NCBI GenBank assembly: GCA_016182555.1
Contig: JACPGJ010000007.1
Location: 64,053-128,052 of the forward strand
Length of the DNA: 64,000 nt
DNA from: Candidatus Kerfeldbacteria bacterium
Lineage (GTDB): Bacteria; Patescibacteriota; Patescibacteriia; UBA9570; XYC2-FULL-38-9
Direction: 5' to 3'
The translations under genes and the position numbers were made by a program. A model generated the notes under the pieces. The model was not told where the DNA came from, made no database searches, and was given only the letters and a program-made list of their open reading frames with translations. Of this stretch, positions 47,957 through 57,088 are shown in pieces (within the stretch, counting starts at the first letter, position 1; each line of letters starts with the position of its first letter).

Positions 47957-49420
47957 TTATTTCAGGAACAAAAATTGCTTCAATGGAACAGACAGAATGT
48001 TTTTCTCTTGAAATAGCTGCATGGGCTGTTCACTAATTAGGAGCCCATACCGTGCATCAATTTTTTTCATTGTCTCCTCAACTTGATTTATCCCCTTTTT
48101 CCCAAAACCGACCTCAATAACGATCTTCTTTTTTCCAGACTGCACAATAAAATCTGCCCCACCTTTTGCGCTATCATAATAAACTTGCTCCTTGAAGATT
48201 TTATGCAACGTTAACCCAACAATATCTTCCAAATATTTTCCTTTGTACTGCTCAAAAGCACGCGCTCCATCGACAGTCGATAGCAGTGTATACCGTATGG
48301 CTGGACTCATGAACGTAAATTTCGATGGCTTGCGCATTTTCTTAGTTGCTGAACCATAGGGATAAATACGCAACAACATCTCGGCTTGCTCCAACGCTTC
48401 GAACACATCAATAAGCGTATTCATGGCGATATCCGTTAAATTTTTTGCCATACTCGTAAGACTGACTGTATCGCTTGCAGCCAGCATCAAGAGAATATGC
48501 TTTATTTTTTGCAATGTCTCTTGAGATAAGGAGTGCACAGTTGCCAAGTCTTTTTGAATCACGCGATCAATTAACTCATTCATGAGTGAATAACTAAGCT
48601 CAGATTGTACTCCTAACGTAAATGGCATGGAGCCATATTGCAGATATTGTGCAACATCAAATTCTTCAATAGACAACAATCGTTTTTGTGTTGCTTGTTG
48701 CAAATTCTGCAGTGAAGAATGAGCATCTACTACAGTATCGCTATCAAATAGCGCCGTACGCAGTTGCTGTTGTAGATCACCATTAAATTTTGAACCATTG
48801 TGTGCTGAGCTTACAGGAGACAGTGCATCCTCAGTATAGGAGCTTTTCAGTTGAATATATTCAGAAAAATCTAAGGGATAGAGCGTTTTAAATAGAATGC
48901 GGCGTGCTAGGTCTGGGGTCGATTGCAAGGACAAAGCGGAAGATCCTGTACAAAATACAAACACCTGCTTGGATCGATCAAACACAGCTTTCAATACTGC
49001 TTGCCATTTGGGGTCAAAATGCACTTCATCAATAAACAAAACAATGGGTGAATCCAATTTTTCAAAACTCACTCCCAGTATATGCTGATATTCTTCCAGA
49101 ACAGTATACAAATCAGCATTCAGTAAATTGATAATTTGATCGACGGAAATAAATAGGATTCTTTCTTGAAATTGTGGATACAGTTCTGTGTACAGTTGTG
49201 CCAGAATAGTTGTTTTACCCACTCCACGTAAGCCAGGAATAGCCACCATGCGTACTTGAGTATTTCCATCCAAAAATGATCCAACTAACTCTCTCAGTTC
49301 ATGATATGCCTGGCGCTTTATAAATTGCTTACCCTGCTTATCTTCTGTATACCGACGAAGCAATACAGGCGCACGATTGAGCTGATTTTGGAGATATTGC
49401 TGCACAGTTTGAGTAACCAT
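47957..49420 (-). CDS. AAA-family ATPase with DUF4143-like C-terminal domain (paralog)
   Basis: Walker A GLRGVGKT, Walker B LFIDEVH; same architecture as 46327-47601. Confidence 0.7.
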   Translation of the reverse strand: MVTQTVQQYLQNQLNRAPVLLRRYTEDKQGKQFIKRQAYHELRELVGSFLDGNTQVRMVAIPGLRGVGKTTILAQLYTELYPQFQERILFISVDQIINLLNADLYTVLEEYQHILGVSFEKLDSPIVLFIDEVHFDPKWQAVLKAVFDRSKQVFVFCTGSSALSLQSTPDLARRILFKTLYPLDFSEYIQLKSSYTEDALSPVSSAHNGSKFNGDLQQQLRTALFDSDTVVDAHSSLQNLQQATQKRLLSIEEFDVAQYLQYGSMPFTLGVQSELSYSLMNELIDRVIQKDLATVHSLSQETLQKIKHILLMLAASDTVSLTSMAKNLTDIAMNTLIDVFEALEQAEMLLRIYPYGSATKKMRKPSKFTFMSPAIRYTLLSTVDGARAFEQYKGKYLEDIVGLTLHKIFKEQVYYDSAKGGADFIVQSGKKKIVIEVGFGKKGINQVEETMKKIDARYGLLISEQPMQLFQEKNILSVPLKQFLFLK

Positions 49421-49631
49421 TTTATATCATTTTAATAATACATAAATCTATATCCTTATATTAACATATTGATATAAAAAGTCAATACTGTTAGGGAAAG
49501 CTGAAAACTCTTAATTTTCAATCATCAATATTTTTTTCGATCGTTTCCCGTATTTTTATTAAAAATTAGCGAATTTTGAAGGTATTATTGCCTTTTTGCT
49601 ATTATCATGTATACTATATTTATAAATGAGT

Positions 49632-49689
49632 CCTCTGTATGCGAAAGTCGGCTTCATGCCGTGCACCCGTAAGGGTCTAGCTACAGAGG
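49632..49689. other. compact structured-RNA candidate (8-bp closing stem around two hairpins)
   Basis: CCTCTGTA...TACAGAGG outer stem encloses CGGC-TTCAT-GCCG and ACCC-GTAA-GGGT (GNRA-type loop) hairpins; overlaps the stop codon of the DUF3800 gene. Confidence 0.25.
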
Positions 49690-50457
49690 GCTTATTTTAT
49701 TTAGTGAAAATGGATTACGTCGATTATAGAAATTATTTGGATAGGAATCAAAATCATACACATCGCACAAAAAACTGACTTTTTCTTCCACGAATTTGTA
49801 ATAACGATCTTCACCTTTGTGAAAGGCACGTTGCACTGCCCAATTCATGTAATCGGTAATTTGTAAACATGGCTCACCTGACGGTGTTTGGGGAAACACC
49901 ACAATTTCTGAGTTATTCTGTATTCCCCACTTTTCTTCAAATACATTGATCGCCGTTTGCAGTGCATCTTCAATGGGTTCTTGCCGCTGCTTATTTCCTC
50001 GTACAGCGAAATAAATGACATTCTGTTCAGCCGTATGGAGTTTTCGCTCAAACAATTTAATAATCAAATCATCGTAAAAAATGTGTTCCTTTCCATTGTG
50101 CTTATTCAGAAATACCTGCTCAATTTTTCTTGCAACTATAAACTCAGCCTTAAAATCCAATTCTCGTATGAGTTTGAACATTTTCTCTCTAACTTCAGGA
50201 CAATCATCTTTAGCATGAAATGCTAACGCTGTTTTCTTTATTGATGGAATGCTTTTTAAATATTCATCTTTTATGATTTCATCATGTAATTGTAAAACGG
50301 CTTTTCGTAATTGTTCTGGATTTTCCGTTCGAATAAATCCCATAAGCAATATCTTTGAACACCCTTCATTACCAACAATATATTCACCTTTAGCATTATA
50401 AAACGTCGAATCACCGGCTTCATCAACAAAAAAATATTGTTTTGATTGTTTTTGCAT
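49681..50457 (-). CDS. DUF3800-family protein
   Basis: N-terminal YFFVDEAGD motif characteristic of DUF3800; 258 aa. Confidence 0.55.
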   Translation of the reverse strand: MQKQSKQYFFVDEAGDSTFYNAKGEYIVGNEGCSKILLMGFIRTENPEQLRKAVLQLHDEIIKDEYLKSIPSIKKTALAFHAKDDCPEVREKMFKLIRELDFKAEFIVARKIEQVFLNKHNGKEHIFYDDLIIKLFERKLHTAEQNVIYFAVRGNKQRQEPIEDALQTAINVFEEKWGIQNNSEIVVFPQTPSGEPCLQITDYMNWAVQRAFHKGEDRYYKFVEEKVSFLCDVYDFDSYPNNFYNRRNPFSLNKISPL

Positions 50458-50668
50458 AACCAGTACTATATCATGAATGGCATAGAATAGAAAAATTCAG
50501 AAATCGTAAAATCCGTGTATTATAAAAACCCCAAAATTGGGGCTTTTAAGATGTGCTCCCCGCATTACGTGTTTTCCGAACTCGTTAATATCTATGAAGC
50601 TGTAAAAATAAGCTCAAATAAGTTGGCTGCACTACAGTTGCAGTATAATAGTTAATATAAAAGAAGAA

Positions 50669-50715
50669 GACCCACGAGAAGTAGTGCTCAAAGGCCTTCT
50701 TCGTGGGTCTTTTGG
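50669..50715. terminator. bidirectional hairpin terminator (GACCCACGAGAAG...CTTCTTCGTGGGTC)
   Basis: Long perfect stem flanked by an A-run upstream and TTTTGG downstream. Confidence 0.45.
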
Positions 50716-50754
50716 TCCGTCACGGATATGATTCATGTCTCGTCCTCCTTTCAC

Positions 50755-51237
50755 TCACCGCCGAGCGGGCAACGGGCGCGGACTCCTGGCAACCAGGCTG
50801 GGACCATCGGGGAGATTCTCCCACGCCCTGAGCAACCCTTCGTGGTCGAGAAGGACCACACAGGCGACGCCATCATTGCGCAGCTGTGTCGCTGCCCAGT
50901 CTACGGCCTCGTCGAGAGTCTGAACATCTTTTCCCAGAACCCCCGCGACCAGAGTCTTGGCCTCAGGATATTCGTAAGGCAGCTCCCATTCACCACCATA
51001 GTTCGGATGGCGTGCCACATAGTGCATACCACTATTGGGGGCACGATGCCAAACCGCCAGAACGGTTGTATTGCTGATGGCGTAGGCTCTCCTGATCGCC
51101 GTTGGGTCTTCGAACATGTCTTTGACCCACATCTCGGCCTGATACGCATACTGCACATCGCCATGTGCCCCAGCGCGACCAGACAGAGTGCCCTGCTCAA
51201 CATTGACGATATCATCATCATGGAATTCAACGATCAT
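50755..51237 (-). CDS. hypothetical cytoplasmic protein (GC-rich, horizontally acquired)
   Basis: Start MIVEFHDDD preceded by AAGGAGAAACGAA; about 55-58% GC; the longer track ORF runs into the upstream gene. Confidence 0.45.
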   Translation of the reverse strand: MIVEFHDDDIVNVEQGTLSGRAGAHGDVQYAYQAEMWVKDMFEDPTAIRRAYAISNTTVLAVWHRAPNSGMHYVARHPNYGGEWELPYEYPEAKTLVAGVLGKDVQTLDEAVDWAATQLRNDGVACVVLLDHEGLLRAWENLPDGPSLVARSPRPLPARR

Positions 51238-51278
51238 TTCGTTTCTCCTTCCGATTGTTGGTGAGTTGTTCAAAAGCT

Positions 51279-51857
51279 TTAGGCTCTCGCCAAAATCAGG
51301 CGAGGCTTCACATACAAGATGAACATCATCGTTGTCTCGATGGTCGAGAACGTAATTGGTTGGGCAGCGTCGGCCACCGTCCAGGCAGGAATAGCCAAGA
51401 GAGCCAACATGCAGGACACCCAGTAGATCGTCCACGCCGTACGGTTCTCATTCGCAGGCTCTTTCCAGGCCGAGACGAACGTAGGGATAGACCCCAGGAA
51501 AACCACGAACAGGCTGGTCAACATGCCCAGAACGGGATTGTTGAATATCTGCCAGAGAATAATCCCGAAGACTGCTCCACCCATACAGGCCTTATCGAGC
51601 TTGCTCCAACCAGGAATCCCGTACTTCAACGCCAAACCCACAACGATCCATGCACCCAGCACAGCTCCGATAATCTGGCCATTGAGCGTTCCCTTCGTCC
51701 ACATCCCCGCCAGGGTGATAGTATCGAGTGTCGCCCAGATGATCCAAGTTGCCTTGCAGGGTTGAGCCTCACGCCGCCGAATCGCCTGAATGTAAGGCAA
51801 GAAAGCAACGACGAACAGAATACCAGAAGCTACCGACAAAATGCTCTTCAATTCCAT
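51279..51857 (-). CDS. integral membrane protein, 5-6 TM (GC-rich, horizontally acquired)
   Basis: Start MELKSILS with GGAAGGA RBS; hydrophobic throughout; a TTGACA-18-TATATT promoter lies upstream at ~52000-52030. Confidence 0.45.
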   Translation of the reverse strand: MELKSILSVASGILFVVAFLPYIQAIRRREAQPCKATWIIWATLDTITLAGMWTKGTLNGQIIGAVLGAWIVVGLALKYGIPGWSKLDKACMGGAVFGIILWQIFNNPVLGMLTSLFVVFLGSIPTFVSAWKEPANENRTAWTIYWVSCMLALLAIPAWTVADAAQPITFSTIETTMMFILYVKPRLILARA

Positions 51858-52170
51858 GATCTGTTCCTTCCTACGGTAAGAGGAAAACCAAAACACGTGA
51901 AATAGCCAGCTTAATAGATACGTTTGTTACCTATCCAATAAGCCAGCTTCCACGTGTATAATCATATCAAAGGACTTGTCTTTTCTGTGCAAAAAGACTC
52001 AACAATATACCACTAAAATGGTGTTTTTGTCAAGGCAGGGCCTCAAATTCTAATCTGAAGTGAAATGAATTTGTGCACATAAGAAAATAACCATCATAAG
52101 AATTATTTTTACTGAAAATACCCTATTAGTTTTGGTAAGTATACCCATAGGGTTATTTAGTGAGACTTCC

Positions 52171-52524
52171 TTATTTATCATCTTTGTCGGGAAGATGAAT
52201 CTCATTTTTTCTAATGGTGGTTTTAGCTTGAGAAACACCTATATATTTTTCTAATGCCTTGGCTGCATATTCTTGCATTTCTTTGTTGTTGGTATCCTCT
52301 TGCTTTGACCACTCTTCAATTGACTGGGTCTGTTGTTTTAGTTCAAGGTACAATTTGGCTGAATGGTACTCACTCAAATCAAGATGTTCTTTCATCTGCA
52401 AGAACATATCAATAATGCCTTTTGTATACTTGTTCGCGGATGTCACACGTGTCAAGCCACGGCCTAGTGCACCAAATTCATTTAGTATGTGCTCATCCAT
52501 ATAGCCAGCTTTTAGTACATCCAA
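52171..52524 (-). CDS. hypothetical small protein
   Basis: 117-aa ORF, 45 nt downstream of and co-oriented with the 457-aa membrane protein gene. Confidence 0.35.
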   Translation of the reverse strand: MDVLKAGYMDEHILNEFGALGRGLTRVTSANKYTKGIIDMFLQMKEHLDLSEYHSAKLYLELKQQTQSIEEWSKQEDTNNKEMQEYAAKALEKYIGVSQAKTTIRKNEIHLPDKDDK

Positions 52525-52569
52525 CCCCCACTGAGAAGTATATCGAAATATAGCATCTGAACGAATTTT

Positions 52570-53943
52570 TTATTTCTTCAAAAAGCTTTCAATCGAGAAT
52601 GGATGAAAAATACTAGGCAGCTTTAATTTGGACCACATACCATGTAAAAGAGTTTTACGAGAAACTTCAGTCGCATGGAAATACAACCAGCTACCCATGT
52701 AATGTTTCATGCTTGGAGCCATTTTGCTAGTTACAACTGCCCGAAGAATTGTATCGAATATACCAATGTGTTCGTTTACTATTCTATGATTATTCACATT
52801 GATTGCGTCTTCAAGCATAGCTGTCACTTTCCGTAACAAATCATCAGAAAAATAACGCCAATGGTAGCTATCCTGTCGCTGTTTGTCAGTTTGCGCTTCC
52901 ATGTCATCCAAAGTTCCTCCATCCATTTTATGAATACTAGCGGCTTCGGGTAAATTTTTCTCCAGGTGCTTAGACCACGACACCCAGATTACAGTTAATG
53001 CTTCATCAGCGATATTATTTACTCCAGCGTTGATAGCATCAAAAGCAATCTGTTCTAATAACTCATCCATTTTTTCGAAAGCAGTATAATAAACTTTTTC
53101 TTCTGAACAATAGCGGTGGACTATAGCAATAAAATTCAATATCTCCATGATGACAAAATCATATCCGCTAGTTCTAGCAAGAATGTATATATCCTTAATT
53201 AACTCAATCCATTGGTCGAGTAATTTCTGGATAGCATCTGCATCAGCTTTTTGTTTTTTAATCAAATGTTGCATTCTCTGTGAGAGATGCGAAAAAAAGT
53301 ATTTTATGCCCATCACGTCCGCATCTTTTACCATTTCAATCAATCCTTGACTCCAGTTGATATACTCGTGTGTGATAATGGTTAGAGACCTACGTTCTTC
53401 TGGATCAAAATCGCTGCCCATCAATGGAACAGGTGTTGCAATACGCTCTTCTATGTAAGCCCATTTCCCCTCATCAATGGTTCGAAAAGTCAGCTGTAGA
53501 ATCCTAAAAAGCTCAAACAATGCGTAGATAAAAAAAAGAAAGCTAAACAACCCCAATGGAAGCAAAAAACCATTAACCTCAGGAAATTTTTTCACAATAA
53601 CATATACGAAGGCTATATCCAAAAAGGCAATAAAATTAACCAATACCCCGCGAAATATCCTCCCTTGTGGATGAAGCATCTTTTTAATCATCATTCCTGC
53701 GAGAGAATTTCTGTTAATACTCAAGAAAATAAGGTATAGGGAAATGGCAATCGCAAATATAGTTGCGTGCACCTGAAATACAACTGCCAGAATATCTGCA
53801 CCAATAAAAAAATCAGGCCGCCATTCGGTTATAATTCTTGCGATTAAGAAGATAACTCCTAAAATAACTAGAATGTCTTGATATGTATGCCAATATCGCT
53901 TTATTTTTGGTAATAGATTATATCGGTTATCTTTATTGATCAT
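52570..53943 (-). CDS. membrane-anchored protein with 4 N-terminal TM helices and a ~290-aa cytoplasmic domain
   Basis: Hydropathy pattern read from the translation; no assignable motif. Confidence 0.45.
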   Translation of the reverse strand: MINKDNRYNLLPKIKRYWHTYQDILVILGVIFLIARIITEWRPDFFIGADILAVVFQVHATIFAIAISLYLIFLSINRNSLAGMMIKKMLHPQGRIFRGVLVNFIAFLDIAFVYVIVKKFPEVNGFLLPLGLFSFLFFIYALFELFRILQLTFRTIDEGKWAYIEERIATPVPLMGSDFDPEERRSLTIITHEYINWSQGLIEMVKDADVMGIKYFFSHLSQRMQHLIKKQKADADAIQKLLDQWIELIKDIYILARTSGYDFVIMEILNFIAIVHRYCSEEKVYYTAFEKMDELLEQIAFDAINAGVNNIADEALTVIWVSWSKHLEKNLPEAASIHKMDGGTLDDMEAQTDKQRQDSYHWRYFSDDLLRKVTAMLEDAINVNNHRIVNEHIGIFDTILRAVVTSKMAPSMKHYMGSWLYFHATEVSRKTLLHGMWSKLKLPSIFHPFSIESFLKK

Positions 53944-54017
53944 TTATTAAGATTACGTTATATAGCATGTAAAAGCAAAAAGCCGCCCTTGGGACGGCCT
54001 GCATATCAGCCTCAAAT

Positions 54018-54587
54018 CTACTGTAGTTCCTGCAATTCAACAGTGCAGCTACCATTGGCTGTTGTTAGGTCAAAATAGTAATCGCCAGCACTCTTTCTGA
54101 GCACAGTTTCATCTTTCTTAGTGCCATCAACCATTACCTCTGGGAAGCCACCGTTTTCATCTAATGTAGTACCGTCTTTCATTATATACACGGAGCAAAC
54201 ACTATACTCCCCTCCAGTTGTTTCGTAGAGTAGTTTTTGTTGCCCGCCTTGCAGACTAAACGTTTCGCTCTGCTTTGCTTCTGTTGCTGTCAATTTAGCA
54301 ACGCTAGTCCATTCCTTAGGTTTTTCTGGCTCAGTAGGTTGCTCTTCCTGCACTACTGGAGAATTGTTGGTCGTAGCAGTGTTTGTGGCTGATTGTGTTG
54401 ATGATGAGCTACTATCATTGCTACCAGCAGAGGCAATGATACCAAGCAAGAATAATCCCAGTATTCCTGTAATTACTTTATGTCGTATAAACCAGTTACG
54501 TAGGTCTGCTTGGCAATGTTTGCAGCGCTTGGCTGCGGGTTCTATTGCTTCCTTACATTTTGGGCATGTGCCACTTTGATTCGCCAT
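54018..54587 (-). CDS. zinc-ribbon membrane protein with extracytoplasmic domain
   Basis: N-terminal CPKC...CKHC zinc ribbon, single TM helix, Ser/Thr/Pro linker, C-terminal domain. Confidence 0.45.
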   Translation of the reverse strand: MANQSGTCPKCKEAIEPAAKRCKHCQADLRNWFIRHKVITGILGLFLLGIIASAGSNDSSSSSTQSATNTATTNNSPVVQEEQPTEPEKPKEWTSVAKLTATEAKQSETFSLQGGQQKLLYETTGGEYSVCSVYIMKDGTTLDENGGFPEVMVDGTKKDETVLRKSAGDYYFDLTTANGSCTVELQELQ

Positions 54588-54794
54588 ATTTTCGTTTGAA
54601 TTATTAGGCTTGTTAAATATGGCTCAGGAAACACAAAAGGCCTCCTGAACCAGCTGGCGTTACCCTTTCGGGCTTCACCCTATGTCCTTTCGAACACAGG
54701 CCTCTACAGCAAAACTGGTCAGAAGACCGTCTCTGGGCTGTAGAGGACTTTTCACCATGCTCAAGGGGTCAACCTTGAGTTTAGGCTACTTAAA

Positions 54795-56072
54795 TTGTAT
54801 TTATATGTAACACCAAAACCGCAATTTTTGCAACTCAAGCCTCATGATTACTTGCCAATATTAGAAAAGCATACTTTACTAGTAGATGCATATATGAAGA
54901 TAAATGAATATATAAATTTATTACAAAGTCGTTTTGAAGACTTTATTGAAGTAACTGATGAGCATCCATTTTTTCTTGGTTTATTTAATTATGTAGATTT
55001 CTTAGAATCAAATCCAGAGTTAGAAAAAATACTAAGTGGCTTAGTTGAAGAACAAAAAAAAGCAAAAGAACCTTTGCTAGCAGCAGAGAAAATAGCTGTT
55101 GCTGATCTCATTCGTATACTGAACGATCTAAAAAAATTTATTAAAAAAAATAAGCTTGATTATTCAAGTGTTAAAAACGAATTTGAAACTTTTGAAGGAT
55201 TCCTTAATGGAAGTGTACAAGGTGGAGGACCATCATTAGTATTTAAGCTAAAAGGGCGCATTAGCAATATTATTGATCGTCTCTATAATGACATTAGTAA
55301 CAAAAAATTAATTTCTTCCTTTAAAAAAGATAAGTATAGTTCAGCAGCACTGCCCTCAAGTGTAGATATCTACTTTGAACAAGAAAAACTGTATCAAAGT
55401 CTATGTGCTGTAAATATATGGCCAGATTATGAGGACATAAATGAAATATATTGGATGATGAAAGATGGTGTAAATCAGTACACTAAATTATATAAGGAGG
55501 CTTGGCAAGATGGTAAGCTTGATTTCGCTAAAAGATGTATAGCTGACTATATTAAAAGTATGTGCGGTGAGTGGGAGAATATTCAACAAGGCAAAATACT
55601 CGAATCTCCTGTCCTATTTAATAAGAAAAAGATTTATTTAGCTGTTAAACGGTTGCATCGTTACATTTTAACTGAGTTGCATAAGGAAAAAAATGTAGGC
55701 AAAACTCCAACCAGTAACCATCTTAAAACAAAAATCACTTTAACTTGGATTACATTAAAGAAAAATAACAGCAATATAAAATTAGTGGTTAATAATTTAT
55801 ATGACCATCCTCTTGACTTAGATACTATTCATACAAACTGGGTAGGATATCTATATACAATATGTGAAAATTCATCAATTGAATATCATAAAAGCACTCA
55901 AGATTATATTAACTCAGCCGCTTGTCCTATATTCAAGAAATTAAAATTATCTAAAATAAAACTATTAACCAAATCGTACAATAATTCAAAATTAACCCCT
56001 GACGTTAAATCAGAAATTATATCAGAACGATCCTACAAAGTAAGATTGAACAAGAAAAAAAGTAGTTCTTGA
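54795..56072 (+). CDS. hypothetical Lys-rich protein (AT-rich cargo gene)
   Basis: 425-aa ORF, about 28% GC; own hairpin terminator follows. Confidence 0.45.
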   Translation: MYLYVTPKPQFLQLKPHDYLPILEKHTLLVDAYMKINEYINLLQSRFEDFIEVTDEHPFFLGLFNYVDFLESNPELEKILSGLVEEQKKAKEPLLAAEKIAVADLIRILNDLKKFIKKNKLDYSSVKNEFETFEGFLNGSVQGGGPSLVFKLKGRISNIIDRLYNDISNKKLISSFKKDKYSSAALPSSVDIYFEQEKLYQSLCAVNIWPDYEDINEIYWMMKDGVNQYTKLYKEAWQDGKLDFAKRCIADYIKSMCGEWENIQQGKILESPVLFNKKKIYLAVKRLHRYILTELHKEKNVGKTPTSNHLKTKITLTWITLKKNNSNIKLVVNNLYDHPLDLDTIHTNWVGYLYTICENSSIEYHKSTQDYINSAACPIFKKLKLSKIKLLTKSYNNSKLTPDVKSEIISERSYKVRLNKKKSSS

Positions 56073-56098
56073 AAAATCTTGAAAAGTGGAAAAGATTC

Positions 56099-56128
56099 AA
56101 AATCCCCTTAAATAAAGGGGATTTTTTG
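56099..56128 (+). terminator. rho-independent terminator
   Basis: AAATCCCCTT-AAATA-AAGGGGATTTTTTG. Confidence 0.5.
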
Positions 56129-56216
56129 TATCTATAAATCATAAATACTGAATTTCTAAAGAAGTGTAAAAAGACTACTCTATTAACTATTAGAAAAAAT
56201 AATTAATAGAAATGAC

Positions 56217-56495
56217 ATGAATAACAAAACATACAATGAATCAATCTATGAAGATGCAGACAAGTATTGGGTATCTTCGGACATGTTTATTGCAGCTACC
56301 CTTATAGCATTACACCACAAACTCATCTCCATTGAATGGCAAGACCATCGCAAAGCGACATTCATTTTTAAGCACTCTAAAAGTTTAACTAGCACAGTTG
56401 AACAGTATTTTTCCGATAAGTTAACACTCAATCCACGAGAATTATTTGATGCACAGCGGTTATTAAAAAGCAGATTATACGTACCTAACCGCTAA
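56217..56495 (+). CDS. hypothetical small protein
   Basis: 92-aa ORF directly upstream of the CHC2 zinc-finger gene, same strand. Confidence 0.35.
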   Translation: MNNKTYNESIYEDADKYWVSSDMFIAATLIALHHKLISIEWQDHRKATFIFKHSKSLTSTVEQYFSDKLTLNPRELFDAQRLLKSRLYVPNR

Positions 56496-56500
56496 CGCAT

Positions 56501-57088
56501 ATGAATGATACTTACGAAGCTGAAAAACAGTGGCGAAAAACGCTTTATCGTCCCAGTACGCAAGAATTATTACAGATATTTCCTGAAGCAAAATCTAGCA
56601 TTGAACATAATCTGAAACTATATCGCAATAGAATGAAAGTGTTAAAAACTGGCCTCACTCTACGAATGAACATTTATAAAAAGTTAACGAAGGATGAATT
56701 CTCCCTCTGGTTTTATAGACAATGGCTTGAAACAACTACTGGAAAAGAGGTCACCACTCTACAAAAACGCATCACCACCTTACAACGCCAGCTGAATGCA
56801 CTAAATGGAGTGATTGATACTCGCGAGATCATTGATGATCTCATTCAACAAGCCAAAGAAGTACCGATTGAGCAGATCGTAGATACTCCACTAAAACAGT
56901 CAGGTCAACGACTAGTTGGCCTCTGTGTACTGCATGAAGAACGTAGAGCATCGTTCGTGATCTATAAGCAAACCAATACCTGCTGGTGCTTTGGCTGCCA
57001 ACAAGGCGGTGACAGCATCAAATTAACTCAATTACTGCATGGTTACTCTTTTCCACAAGCTGTACGCTATTTAACCCATACAACTTAA
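56501..57088 (+). CDS. CHC2-type zinc-finger protein (DnaG-primase zinc-binding-domain-like)
   Basis: CVLHEERRASFVIYKQTNTCWCFGCQQGGDSIKL matches the zf-CHC2 pattern C-x2-H-x17-C-F-G-C..GGD.I. Confidence 0.6.
   Translation: MNDTYEAEKQWRKTLYRPSTQELLQIFPEAKSSIEHNLKLYRNRMKVLKTGLTLRMNIYKKLTKDEFSLWFYRQWLETTTGKEVTTLQKRITTLQRQLNALNGVIDTREIIDDLIQQAKEVPIEQIVDTPLKQSGQRLVGLCVLHEERRASFVIYKQTNTCWCFGCQQGGDSIKLTQLLHGYSFPQAVRYLTHTT

Noticed and set aside
50728-51264. Plus-strand 178-aa ORF overlapping the GC-rich gene
   Set aside because: The minus-strand frame has a textbook AAGGAG RBS and protein-like composition. The plus-strand ORF is the usual GC-rich antisense artefact.
54640-54700. Degenerate second copy of the tRNA-Asn 3' end as attL
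   Set aside because: Only about 11 of 15 positions match around TTCGAAC, with no extended identity. Serine recombinases do not require long att identity anyway, so it cannot be used to fix the boundary.
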